Assembly: GCA_050084985.1 (NCBI GenBank)
Contig: JBITNC010000001.1
Coordinates: 152,954,001-153,018,000 of the forward strand
Length of the DNA stretch: 64,000 nucleotides
Direction of reading: 5' to 3'
From: Nageia nagi
Lineage: Eukaryota; Plantae; Pinophyta
Positions 38,581 through 52,540 of this stretch are shown piece after piece. The position numbers were made by a program, and so were the translations under genes. Each line of letters starts with the position of its first letter. The first letter of the stretch is position 1. Below the pieces are notes generated by a model, which did not search any database, was not told where the DNA came from, and saw nothing but the letters and a program-made list of their open reading frames with translations.

Positions 38581-38764
38581 TTTTATTCTCCCTTTGATGA
38601 TGAAATGATTGATAAAAATATAAATATGAAGTTGATTTATTATGATAATTTATAATTGGTAAGTCCTCTTAGTTGGGATAATATGTTGATATTCACTTAT
38701 TCTCTGAGATGATATTACCATGTTTATTTAAGATTTAATTGATATTTAAAAGTTGATGTTTGCT

Positions 38765-39000
38765 AATGCAAGCAATCGGGTGGTGTACGCTAAGGTTAGT
38801 TTTTGTTTGATATGATGATATTTAGAAGTTGTTCTTAATCAATTCATATAATTGGGAGATGTACATCAAGTTCAAATTTAATATGTTCATAAGTTATCCT
38901 TGAACAATGCACATAATTGGGTGGTGTAAATCAAGTTTAACTGTTGTATTGAATTATTCTTAGTCAATACATGCAATCAGATGATGTACACCAAGTTTAG
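38765..39000 (+). repeat. Degenerate ~60-75-bp tandem repeat, 4 copies
   Basis: Core aatYRgRWgRtgta.....aagtt at ~38774, 38850, 38915 and 38975. Confidence 0.7.
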
Positions 39001-39103
39001 TTCAATTTTGTAGAATGATTTGCAATGTTGTGGTTTTATGAGAGTAGTGATGAAAGGTCCATCACCATTCAATTCTTGCTTTGTTAATGATCTATTTTAG
39101 TTA

Positions 39104-39243
39104 GTAAGCCCTCATAATCAAGTTTAAGCATGCATCCTTCTTAACCAAAGGCATTAATAGGTAAGCCCTCATCATTAAGTTGAGTTTGCAAGTCCTTCTT
39201 AACCAAAGGAATTAATTGGTAAGCCCCCATGATTAAGTTGAGG
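39104..39243 (+). repeat. ~58-bp tandem repeat, ~2.5 copies
   Basis: gtaagccctcat..ttaagtt..g..tgca.tccttcttaaccaaagg.attaat repeated. Confidence 0.85.
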
Positions 39244-39330
39244 CAATGATAAGTGGAGGAAATCTCTTCATATTATAATCTTGGTGGGTAAAACACCAAG
39301 CACAAGTTTGATTTCTTACTTTACATATAT

Positions 39331-39575
39331 ATGAAATGCTATGTTTTAGGATATCTTTATTATAAAGTATTTCAAAATCTTTTAAAAGATAATAATATTT
39401 GTGAATTTTTATGTTTTAGGATATCTTTGTTATAAAGGTATGCCAAAATATTTTAAAATATAATGAGATTTATGAAATGTTATTATTTAGGACATCATTG
39501 TGAAAAAGGTATACCAAAATATTTAAAAAGCTAATGAGATTTATGAAGTGCTATGTTTTAGGATATATTTGTTGA
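39331..39575 (+). repeat. ~71-bp tandem repeat, ~3.5 copies
   Basis: atgaaatgctatgttttaggatatcttt.ttataaagg.at.ccaaaatattttaaaa..taatgagattt repeated. Confidence 0.85.
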
Positions 39576-40064
39576 TATGTGCCAAGATATTTTATGATCT
39601 AACAAATGTTAAATGAGATATATGTATAATTTAATTAGAAAACCCTCATCCCTTATGGTGAGTCACCAATCCCTTATCCCTTATAGTGAGGTAATCTCTT
39701 GATATACTCTTGGTGGTTAAGCCACTAAGGATAGGTTTGATATTATTTTTCTTTCATGATATACATATGAAATGGTATTTAATATCTATATTTGGGACAT
39801 TATACGTAGAAAATAGTTTTTCTTTTAAGATGATTGTAAGTTCCTTTATCTTTTTCTCTAGTTTCTCCTATGATGAGAAGTACATCATGTCACAACCAAG
39901 ATAAAGAAGGGGCTGAATATTGGTGAAAACTAGAGCATCCAAAGTTATCATTGTGAAGATATAATTAAGGGAGTATTGTCTTGCTTGATCTAGTTATACT
40001 TTGAATTTATGTTTTGATTTTCTTTTATCCCAAAAGTATCAAATTATATTCAAAGTGGGGCATA

Positions 40065-40846
40065 TGTTAACACCTAAAAAGGAATTTAAATTTAATTAAA
40101 ATATACCTTTTAGGTATTTGAAATGATTTATTTGTTTAAGTGATTTTGTATATTACTAAAAATAATTTATTATTTATTTAATAAATCATATTTAGACTTT
40201 CTTAATAACTTATTGCAATATTATAAATTTCAAGATAAAGTTGATATTACAATGTGCTAGGGTCAATGCAATTTTATATGCTATGGTTCATATTTCAATT
40301 TGTGTTTAATATAACAAAATTTTATATTATTATTAAAGGTAAACCTTAAATCCTTTCCATATCTTTATAAACTATATATGTGAGTGTAATAGGTTAACCT
40401 CTATATATCAAAACTCTTTGATATGAAAAGATCTCTGATAGGTGGTTGTCTCTCATAATATTCATCAAGCAATGGTGTCTCTAGACACCAAATATTATGA
40501 TAAATTGTTATGCTCTAAGCTTTAAAAGTTTTTTTAATATCTTATGTACTCCATAATTTTGCATATTCAACCATGTTAACCATATGCATCTTAAGGATCA
40601 AGGGTTTTAGATTTTGGTTTAAGAAGCTATTGATTCAAGCATATGATCTCATATCCAATCCAATCCCAATCCTTTGAGGATCCATATACATTTACTTTTG
40701 AGTATTGAAGATACACTTCATATCAAGTGCATTCTTTTCATGTATATTTGTTGTTTCTAATATAGTGTATAGATCTAGCTATTCTCAAATTGTATATCAA
40801 TTTGTTTATTATGTATATTCATATTTTACATAAATTAGGGTCTACA
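40065..40846 (+). repeat. 5' LTR of the gag+PMD element
   Basis: tgttaacacctaaaaa...gggtctaca; colinear with 49539-50218. Confidence 0.85.
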
Positions 40847-41259
40847 TTTTGGTGTATTGGAAATTATTACACACTTAGATTCCAATCTATGGAAACCCTT
40901 CTTAGGATTTATGAATCTATTCATATTATTATCTTTTCTCTTACTCAAAGTCCTTAGAGTAATGGTTCCAAAAAATAATAAAACAAGGGTTTATTTTGCC
41001 CATATTCCAATGAAGAATTTGAATGAAAAATAAATTAAGGCTTTCAAAAGTAAGGTCCATTTTAATGAGATTAGGAGAAGTGTTAGGGTTAACCCTAATT
41101 TACCTATAAAAATGAAAGAGCTTGATTCCAATGATAGAATGATACTAATGAGGATAGTGATACTAAATCTATAAATTCTAAGAAAAATAATGTATATTAT
41201 TGGATAAACCCTTAATAAGGTTAATATATCTTTCAATGATTATGATTTTGATAATATAA

Positions 41260-43510
41260 GCTTGGGAAGCCATAGTGATGCTAAAATTAGAGAATTAGAT
41301 AGAATGCCTACACATGTTAGATTAATAAAGGAATTGCTATCTAATAAAGAAAATTTGGAGTATTATCTTACTGAAAATGCTAAAGAGGTTATATATATCC
41401 TAACAAATTATGAGTTATTAGAAGTAAATCCTGCAACTCCATATTCCTTGGATAGCTTATTATCCTATGAAAATATAGGATCCATAAAATAGAGGGATTA
41501 TACCATCAAGAAATATGTTATTAATGGTGTAGAATACACACATGCTACTTACAATGTGGAAGCAAAGGATCTTGAAATTTCAAAAAAAGGTGATCATTGA
41601 GGATGCCGATGAGGAAAGAAAAGAAGAGTCTAAACCCCTAATAACCCATTATGAAGGTCATAATATAGTATGATTCTTGAATATTATAATAGGGATAGAG
41701 GTAAAAATATTTTATTTGATGATGAAATTGCAAAAAATGTTGCTAAATAAGTTTTTACTATAATTAATAATGCTTATTTACATAATCCTAGTCGGTTAAA
41801 AGAAGAAAATGATATAAAGCTTGTTGCTATTTTAGAATATCAAGAAACTAATTATTTTTAAGAGCCTAATGAGGATAAATAATTAGAATTTATGCTAGAA
41901 TATATTGATAAACTTGAACATGAAATAATACATAGGACTAGACTATTTGTGCCACTAAAAGAGGATGAACTTAGAAAAAAAAAAGCAAATAAACCAACCT
42001 CTCAAAATAGTAATGCACAATCACAAACCCCACCATCAGCCCAAAAGATCAATATACCTATTGGGAATAAGCTTGTAGTACAAAATAAACAACCAAAGAA
42101 ACCTCATATAGTGCCAAATATTAGAAAGAAAATTCAAGAAAGGATTGAGAACTTAGAAAATAATATGCATAAAGATGATGAAGATGATTTCTTATGTTGT
42201 TTAAAGTGCCTATTTAATGATATAATTATTTCTAAGTTCTTTGTTGGTAAAAAGAGTGTAAAATTTATGAAATTTGATGGTTTAGAAGATCCGAAAATGC
42301 ATGTTAAAAAATTCCAAGGGGAAGTATTGAATATGTTCATGATAGAGATATACTTCAAAAATGATTTTCAAGTAGCTTGAGAAATGATGCAATAAAATGG
42401 TACTTTAGTCTTCCTGAGAAGAATATTTATAAGTATGAGGATTTGATACATAAATTTTTGAAAAACATTATATATAATATCATTGAAAAGGTTCAATTCA
42501 AGGATTTGTGTAAAATTAAGAAATTACCTAATCAATCTATATCTAATTTTGTGAAAGTATGTAAATGAACTACATATTAAATCTCTATGCTTGAGTAGGA
42601 TGTAAAGAATACTTTTACAAAGGCTCTATTGCATATGTATAAAATATAGGTTGTATCTAATAATGGATTTAAATTCATTAAAATGATAGATATTTTTCTT
42701 AAAAAGAAGATTGAATAAAAAAAATGTATAAGAAATGTTAGTAAACATCTCAAATATATGAAAACAAAGCAGAACCTAAAGTATATAAAAAGAAACCATC
42801 ATTTTGTTAGCTAATGTTGATAGAAAAAATATTAGAACACAAAGAAAGTTTACTAAGCTAATTGATACTATTGATAATATTATTAATGTGCTATTAAAAG
42901 AAGATCTTATTGGATGTAACTCAAAAATCCACACACTTTTCATTAAGTTTTCAACCTTTATACAAGCTAAAATACAAGTAATACCACATGGTTTCAGCAC
43001 ATAGTTTTAGGATATGATTTTAGCAAATGGTTTTAGTACATAGTTTTAGCACATGAAGTTATTATAAAAATAGAATCTAAAATTAGAAATAAAAGTAAAA
43101 GCAAAATTTGGGCTATACAAAAATCATTTCAGAGTTCAAAATTTTCTTCAATGGGAGATGTGGGAATCTTGTAGATTTTTAAATTTTGCACAATCTAAAA
43201 AAAGTAGGCTCCAAACAATATCCAGATCAAAAGTTATGGCCTCTACTAGGTACATAATTATTGAGCTTCCACCAATACTTCAACATCACTTTCCTAATGG
43301 TGTTCCTAAAAATTATAGATATGAATAATTTTTCAATTACCATAAGACACTAGGGCACATTACAAAAAATTGTAGGGTCTTAAAAAATATCATTTAGGAT
43401 TTTATTAACAATAAACCAATTTGGATGGATGATAATATTAAAGTAGAACAAGGGCTTATACATCCTAATAATGGACAATTGGAGATATTTACAAACCTTT
43501 TACCAAGTCA
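41260..43510 (+). pseudogene. Tat/Ogre-type gag remnant
   Basis: KFMKFDGLEDPKMHVKKFQ, LRNDAIKWYFSLPEKNI.KYEDLIHKFL, and knuckle NYHKTLGHITKNCRVLKNII*DFI (~43335-43410). Confidence 0.8.
42913..43257. mobile_element. 345-bp insertion in gag containing a 13-bp minisatellite
   Basis: Splits EDLI|ELPP and is flanked by duplicated ttattg (42907-42912, 43258-43263). Contains cacatRgttttag x5.5 at 42985-43055. Confidence 0.55.
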
Positions 43511-45549
43511 AATCATCAACCAAAAGGCTTTATTGGTTTGGTAAGTACTTCACATTGTATGAATTATTATTTCTCTAACAGAAATAAATGCAAAGAACAT
43601 CAACAATAAATAAGTAAGAGTTTTGATGAAGAGAGAACAAAATATAGTGGTGAATATTACAAAAAGAACTCTACTAATGGCATGCATGACTGTCTACATG
43701 CTATCAAAGTGTAAATTATACCATAAAAAAGGCACCTAGTTTTGTACCTAAATTTGTAAAATGCATATGGGTTATTAAAGCATCCCAAGCATGTAGATTC
43801 ATTGCTTGAATTTGAAAAATTAAAAATTGTAGTATACCATAAGTAAGTTATATTATAAAATATTAAATATGTATTTTTCATTATCATAGCAATCATGTGA
43901 TGGTTTTATTTATGTTTTGGGTTGATCTTGATCATTTCCCTCATATATTTTCTCTAAAAATTCTTCAAAATTGATGTTATTAATAGTGTGCGACTATTTA
44001 AACATTGTTAATAATGTGCATCTACTAGACTAGAATAAAAATAAATACTATATCCTATTTCTTTAAGGTCTAATAAGATTTTTTATGAGCATGTTATCAA
44101 GTTTTATATTCATTAAAGAAGAAAAGCTCACTTAGATTCATGATTGTTTGTACATTACAAATAGGGAATCATATATTTTGTTCATGTGTGAGTTTGAACC
44201 AAAAAAATAAATTGCATATTGATTATATATTGTTATGGATATATTCATTAGGTTTATTATGTACTTGCATTTAGTTCATAGATTTAATTATTATTTTGTG
44301 GAAATATGTGGGTGAAATCAAGAAGTTAAGTCCACTTAAAGGGGAAATGGTGGAAAATTAGTGAAACTAAAATTCAATGTTAGAAAAATTGGGATCCTAA
44401 TATTTAAAACTAAAATACATGCATTAAATATTGGGATCCTTGTATATAGAGATCTTGATTATTTGGATGTCTGATGTAACCTTAGTTTTAGGCTTGAAAA
44501 AGGCTTGGTGAGCAAACACTTAGCCTTGGACTTGCAAGTATGTGTTCATGGCAATGTAATGGAAAATCTTTACTTCAAGAATATGTTTGATAGAGTATTT
44601 GATAGAAGTTTTTAACAAATTTAAAATCCATTATACATTAAATAGTGTAGATTCCAAATATGCAATTTTTTTATAATTGGATAAGATTTTATATTTTTCA
44701 ATTATTTCTAGTAAAAGCGGTCTATATACTTAAAATATGAGATCTTGTAATTTTTTAATAAGTTTTATTTTTAGGGAGTTATGAAAACAAAATTATACAA
44801 TAATAAGTTTAAGAGAATTCAATATAAGAATAAAAAAATTTTGAAAAAAAATTAAGTTTAGATCAAATTATGTGAGATAGACATGATCACTTTTTGAAAC
44901 CACAAACATGCTCAATACAAAATTAGTAAAAAAATATTGATGAAAAAAATATTAGAAAAATATCTAGTACAAGCTTCAATATCTTAGGTATCTATACCTA
45001 AAAGGATTTTAAAAAATACCTTGATTTTAGTCAAATTATATGTGACAAAGATGTGCATGGTATGGTCCAAAAATGGTATTTTTCAAAAAGTGATTTTTAT
45101 TAATCCTATAAAATTTTAACTTCTATGATCTTGGTATTGTAATAAATTATATATTTGAAAATTATACTTTGAGTAATACATTTTCATCCTAGTGATATTT
45201 TTCATGATTCCATATCTTAGTGCTTTGAATTTTGAAAACAATCATTCCCAAACTTGAAAATCAAGGAAGACACTTCCACCTTTTGGCCTTAAAGTGTACC
45301 CAACTTCTTGCACCCACCCATGTGATAAAGTTGCTTATGAAAATGTAAAATGGTATATATGGCATGTTGCTTATAACTTTGAAAATTGTACTTTGAAGTT
45401 CAAATTGCAAATAATAAAGGTACAACTATATAAAAAAGTAAATCATTCATTCAAATAACAAGTAAAAAATTAAGAATAAACGTAAAAGTGTATAAAGAAT
45501 TAGGAGCCAAAAAGAGTCATATATATAAAATAATAAAAAATATGGAGCC

Positions 45550-47747
45550 ATGTCTCATTGTAAAACCTAGTCGCATGCACTACTACCACTACTACATGCC
45601 TCACTAAGTCTAGATACCATCCTACTACCACTACTCTATCTAAAAATGGACATCCCACCTGATCGATATCTCACTAAAACTAATACCATGAGAGGCCATA
45701 ATTGCCTTTGATCTCTCATATTTACTTATAAGTGTAATAATATCCTTATCTTGCTTCTCTATCTTTTCCATCAACTATCATATGAATGCTTATTGATCAT
45801 TCTATGGGGACATGTTGAGTCACTCCTACAATCTCTTCAATTACTAATCCATGGATGCTATTTGAGCATCCCTTACTACAACTATGGACTGAAGAGTAGA
45901 TAGCTATGATTGTTGAATAGGAACCATGGCCTCAAATGGTTTTAATCTCTCAATATGTACCTTTATGGTAGTGATTTGAGTGGTTGTCTCTCTTGTAACA
46001 CACATATAAGTCATAAGTTAGTCAAGTATCCATAGTGTGTTAATAAAAAAACCAAAAATATCATAAATATAAAAGTGTGTAATAGAGTTTTACCTACTAA
46101 AATAAGTGGTATGACTTAAACTAATGTATCCAATCATGGTGCTAGGATGGATGCTTTCCCTTGCATTAGAATATCATGTATTAGGTTATCAATATTTTTC
46201 TCATCCTCATTAGAAGATTTTTGATAGGGCAACATCCATCTCCTCATCCTTTTCATCCTCATCAATACCCAATGGGTTTGGTCTCACCATAGCCTACCAT
46301 ACTGCATATCCTCTTATAGTGCTTGAAGCCATAGAAGTGGGTTTTGTGGGATCCATGGTACATGGCTCCTCCCATGTAGTCACCCATGTGTGCATAATCT
46401 GATCCCCTAGTGGGATATCCCTCTTATCTCTCTATCTAATATAATAAATAGGGCTAGGTGAAATGCCTTATTGAATACTAAATTATCTCAAAATATATTG
46501 TAGTAAGTACTTATTTATAATTTTTCTTTTATTATGAAGGAAGCATGGCTATCTCACAAATTCTAGTTGATAGGTGTCCTACCATACATAGTCTACATAA
46601 GACACCTACACTGGGTCCTCCAGTTGTATCCTATCATTCTCTCATTGTCTAGCCTCTAGTATGTGTGGATATATATATATCCATGAAATTTAGAAACCCA
46701 AAAAGTCATAGCCATGTATATGGGGTACTCCCTATCTCTCTAAAGTTCCACTGGTCTAATCACAAATATCTTCTGATAAGCCCAAAGTTACAACAAATTA
46801 GCTTGTGCAATGGTTATGTTGAACTTGTCCATGGATACAAAATTATGCAAGTTCCTATACAATGAAGCTAAAATAATGGTTTCCCAAGAATATCATGTGC
46901 CCCTAACACAAATATCCTATACAATCCACACCATGCCTAGTGGAAAAGTTGAACTACTCTTATCTAGGAAAAGATAAGTAGAAATAATAAAGGTAATAAG
47001 GAGCTTGAACTTATTGGAAGGATATGAAAACTTGTATGCTTCATGCAAGTGGGAGGCCTTATGCTCTTAGTCATGGCCCTCCTCTCCCATAAGATAAATG
47101 TAGATTTCTTTCTAGCCTCATCATTTAAAACCTTGACCTATTGAATAAATAGTCCATGAATAGGTACACCCCATATCCAATGCTCATATAGAAGTATGAT
47201 ATTCATTTCACCTGGGGGAAGGTGAAAGGTGTTTGTATCCTAGTCCCATTTCTCAAACAATGTTGTGAGTATTAGGTGTTCATTTTATGCATGAATGGTC
47301 ACAAAAGATCATTTTATCCTAACCTCATGAGGATATCATCCCCATGATTTGATATAGGCCATTCCTTGGCCTTCTCTAATAATGTAATGGATATGGCTCC
47401 ATCCTTGATGGTTATCTTACACTCTTGCAAAATTAAAAATTACTAATTGTGAGAACTCAATCTATATGAATAAGAAAACAAAAATGATAAATAAACAACT
47501 ATAAAAATAAAGATAACAACAAAAATGAAATCCCAAATAGTCTTTCTAAGGGTAAATAGAAAGTAACATGAAAAAACAATTAACCCTAGGGTTTTAAATC
47601 AAATGAAATATGGGTGAATTTTGAAATAACAAAATGCAAAAGAGCTAAAATAGAATAAACCTTACCATATGATCACAAGGGATGCTATGTAGGTACTCAA
47701 TAATATATCCTCTATGTCTAATCAAAGACCTCTCCACTACATGCCAT
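45550..47747 (-). pseudogene. Second antisense PMD gene
   Basis: LILTTLFEKWD*DTNTFHLPPGEMNIILL..WIWGVPIHG (~47160-47278) and YILR*FSIQ*GI (~46465-46500). Putative intron ~47424-47665 (GTAAGG donor). Confidence 0.8.
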
Positions 47748-49538
47748 CTATCATCCACTATCTTAGTAAGAAAGTGAGTAAATCATATGGTTGGTAGCAA
47801 TGAGGTCACAAGGAATCAATGATAGTAGATCAAATCCAAGATGGAATGAGGAGTCAAAGTATTCACTAGAAACTACAAGATAGGAAAATTATAAGAGAAA
47901 AATGACAAATGCCAATGTTTAAACCTCCTTTTTATTCAATTTTTAAACTAAACTATGGCTAAAATGTAACCCCTTCAAATTTTTTGAAAACCTAATTTTG
48001 CTAATTCCATGTTGTCAATGAAGTCCAAAATGTTAAACTACCATATGATTCAATGCATAATAATCACAAATGGTAAATATAGTGATATTAAATGTTTACA
48101 TTATGTATTCATAGTGAAATTGATTATGTTCTATTTTTTAGGATTATTTATACTAAAGACACACCATTGGTAGCATGGTTCATATAAAATTAGCAAACAG
48201 TTCAAGTGCTAAATTGTGATTCTATTTTTGTTGGCTCAAAATAAGTGCATATGATAGAAGTTACATGATGAAAAAGATAAATTTTTGAATTATCAAACCA
48301 GGTCAAAATAAAGGCATATGAAAAATTTTGATTTTTATGTAGACATATATTTTTGGAATATTGAATATCTAAATTGTAGTTTCACAATGCCAAATGAATA
48401 TGCTCTTTTTGATGACATTCAATTTTATCATTTTAAAGATGTTAACAACTTGATTAACACAAAAGTATGGTTAAAATATCAATAATGCTATCATGGTTTT
48501 AATAATTCAAAATGCCTAATATTATGCTCATATGACTTATGTGAAGACAAAAAGCATATAGGGTCAAAATGGGTCAAATTAATGCTTATGTGGATAATTT
48601 TATGTTATGAGCAAGTCTCTTCATGATTTTTATGATGTAAAATGTCATTACTTGTTGTTAATTAACTATTATTCAAGTTCGCAAACATAATATTACTATT
48701 TTCATGTCATTAATAGCATGTGTTTCTTATAAATTTATTGCAAATTAGGCATGCTACAAAATCTCTAAATATCTATTTGAAAATGCTATTATTTCATAAA
48801 TATACACTATAGTGGGAATAATGAATAAAATTGTAAAAAACATGGTTATGAAATTCTACAAAACTAAAATCATTAATGGTGTACCTTTACTTTAAAAATC
48901 AATAAATTCAATGAGATAAAATATGCTAAGTTGATTGTTAAGGCTAATGTATATTTGAATATTAGGTGATTTTATATAGAAATTACATGATATTATCTCA
49001 AAAATGGATAAAAAAAATTCAATGTTATGATAATGAATATTTTTAAGTGCATGTTCACTCCAGTAACAAAATCTCTCATAAATTGCGGGTTATTCCAAGC
49101 TTGGGGAATGAAAGTACCTCATCAAGTTGATAATCATGGTTCAATAGAACTATGTATCTCAATGACCATATTAACACAATGGATATTAAAATTATAATTA
49201 TTTCATCTTTGCTCTTTAATTTTTATTATTATTTCATTGGATATGATCTATGTAGGTATTATGTTGGATTATTCTCAAAAAGGTATTATCTGAGAGATTA
49301 AGACCCAAATAGAGGTACTCTCGTTATACAAGGATTTTGATTTTTGGCTTAATTTCTTGAATAAGATATAATGAGAGTAAATTCAAGACCAAAATGGTTT
49401 ATAATAAATATCATACTTGGCATATTGATAAAAAAAAGGGAAGTCCACTTTACTATTGAAAATCTTCTTCTCTTCTCTAAACTTCTTTGGATTATGCAAT
49501 TTTAATGCTTTTCATTTCACATCCAAAGAGGGGGAAAA

Positions 49539-50218
49539 TGTATATGCCTAAAAATGATTTATTATTTATTTAATAAATCATATTTATACTTGCTAAATGA
49601 ATTATTATAATAATACAAATGTTAAGATAAAGTTGATATTACAATTTGCTAGGGCTAATGCAATGTCATATGCTATGGTTCATATTTCAATTTATCTTAA
49701 ATATAAGAAAGTTTTATATTATATCTTGGTAGGCTATATATGTGAGAAAAATAGTTTGGAATAAATATATTAGAACTCTTTTATATGATAAGATCTTTGA
49801 TAGGTGGTTGTATTCTATAATCTTCATCAAGTAATAATGTATTTGGATGCCACCTATTATGAGAAATTGTTATACTCTAAGCTCTAAAACTTTCTATCTT
49901 TTACACATTCCATAATTATGCATATTCAACATTGTTAACTACATGTATCTTAAGGATTTATTTTTTTATAATTTGGTGGTAGAAGATATCGATTTATGCA
50001 TAAGAAGATCCATTACGATCTCATCTCTAATATGATCCCAATCATCTGAAGATCCATTAACATTTGCTTTTGAGAATTGAATATACACTTCACATTAGGT
50101 GCATGCTTTTCATGTATATTTTTTGTATCTAATATAGTGTATATATCTAGCTCCTCTAATATTATGGATCATTTTATTTATTATGTATACTCATATTTTA
50201 CACAATTTAGGTTCTACA
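49539..50218 (+). repeat. 3' LTR of the gag+PMD element
   Basis: Follows the PPT; tgtatatgcctaaaaatg...ggttctaca. Confidence 0.85.
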
Positions 50219-52514
50219 AATTTAATGCTCTTTTTATTGTGCACACTCACTACCTTTATGTTTTATGATAATAGGTCATCCTAGAGATAAGCCCAAGAAG
50301 GATTCTTGGAATTTATGCACCATAAGACCAAGGAGGAGCCTTAGAACTATACCTAATATCTATAAATATGGAAGGGTTGTGCATAAGAAATCATGACATA
50401 ATATGGAATTCTTGATAGTTGGTAAACATGTTGGGTCCTATTGACCAATATTTTACAACACCACCTATCATATTTAGATTTTTTTATACTCAAATCTTCC
50501 TAGAATTTTTATCCATTATTTTGTTATATTGATTTTTATAACCTAACCTTGTAGTAATTATCTCAAAAACAACAAGATATTAGGGGTACTTATGTGGAAA
50601 GTACCAAGCGGTGCCTCCCAACACATGATGGATTTGAGGGTCCTACTTTCAAAAGTGGTTCATCATCATCCTCTATTGGGTGATTTTACATTCGATTTAT
50701 GATTACATGTAAGATAAAAAGTATGTAAAATATTAAAAATTCATATTTGAAAAGCTAATATCAATTGAGTCACCTTGATCATTTTCATCTTTCATGTTGT
50801 TGTGATATTATAATTTAATATTTAACTAACACTAATATTAAAATAATTAATATTTTTAGTGTTAACAAAGTGAATTACCAATATTGGACTCATCATTGGT
50901 TGATAATATTTTTCACATTGTAAATATTATTCATATTCATTAATTTATTTAATATGGATTTCATATCAACCTTCAATATCATCACCATCCTCATCATGAT
51001 CCATGGTCATAGATTTATCATGATCTTCAATGGAATATAATTATATGATTAGATGAGAATGAATCCTCTAATGTTTAATATATGATGGTAATTTTGAAGA
51101 CTCATTAGGATTAAATATCTTATGAATTTTCATATCTCTTCAAATAATAAAAATCTTTTAACAGAGATCATTTAGATGATAAATTTTATATCTTCCATTA
51201 AGATTACAAATGTGTGCTCGATATGTTTTATCTCAATATTTGTATTCACATTCATGATCCAAGCATAATTATTAAATATATTTAAATTATAAATATTATA
51301 ATTTTTCAACACCATTTTTCTTTGGGATGGAACCTTATATAACTCTTATTATATATTGATTTATGATATGGTAAGTAAACATAACTAATTTCCTCCAAAA
51401 TTTAAGTTTTGTATTATTTACATGAAAGATACAACTAGTTATCTTAATAAGAATTATATTATTTTATTTGACTACCATTAAATATTCTATTGTAGGCAAT
51501 AATATATTAATTATGAATGTAATACCTCTAATAAAAGGACTTGAATACATTATTAAGATGTTCTCTTATCTAGATCTAGGATCAAAATTTGGGGGGATAC
51601 AACACTCTTAAGAAGTATAAAATTTGTATATTTTTTAGAATAAAAACTAATAATAGAGAATTAAATCAAATAATCAAAGTGAAAATATTTTAAAATTATG
51701 TATTACTTATATTAAAATACAAATTTGATTAAGATTATAATAAATGGTACAAACTATGTAGCAATAAATAACACTTCATATAAGTAAAGTAGGGGTATTA
51801 CATCTACTAGTTTTCTCATGATTATATTTTGTAAGTGTTAGAATATATACAAATCATAATATAGTTATATTAATAGGAATTAAAGTTGTAACAATCTACC
51901 TTAAATTGTTCATCTCTCATTATCATATTAATTGACATAAGTCTATATTATTATGAATGATTTAATGACCATATGGAAATAATTTATAAGTATTTATGAA
52001 TGGAAGAGAAATTCAAATTATTTTATATTTCTTTAGGATCAATGATCTATATTATATCATCTATATGGTGAAAATTTTTGTTGTTAATATATTGTAAGTT
52101 ATATTTCTTCTCCTAATTAGCATATTACTATATCTTAAGTACTAATAAAAGAGGGTTTAATCCTTGATTAATGGATATTAATTATTATAGTAGTAAGTAG
52201 TATTTAATACTTCTATAATGGTTTTAAATACTTAAGATACAACTCTCTAAGATAATTAGTAGATGATTTATTATGAAGAGGAGGGAAATGTATCTTTGGG
52301 GTCTCTACATTAAATATTGATAAAACCCTAAATATTTCTTAAGATTAAGAATGTATGTATTATCACCTACTACTATATACAAAATTTGTTGATAAATACA
52401 TTAAATATGTTATAAAATTTTCATTGATCTATACAATTCCCTCTTTTATGTATGTGACTTTGAGTGTGGTAATACACAAAAGGAGATATCAATGTGTGTT
52501 CAAGGATGAAACTT

Positions 52515-52540
52515 TATATATATATATATATATATATATA
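52515..52540. repeat. (TA)n microsatellite
   Basis: Perfect TA run of ~13 units. Confidence 0.9.

Larger units (their letters stand above)
40065..50218 (+). mobile_element. Non-autonomous Tat/Ogre-related LTR element: gag plus antisense PMD, no pol
   Basis: LTRs 40065-40846 and 49539-50218 (TG...ctaCA). PBS-like tggtgtattgg at ~40850. PPT aaagagggggaaaa at 49525-49538. Gag and PMD remnants present; no PR/RT/INT motifs seen. Confidence 0.8.

Noticed and set aside
38765-39000. Conserved ~24-bp motif with variable spacers, superficially CRISPR-like
   Set aside because: The spacers are themselves homologous (a degenerate tandem repeat), the context is a plant retroelement, and there are no cas genes.
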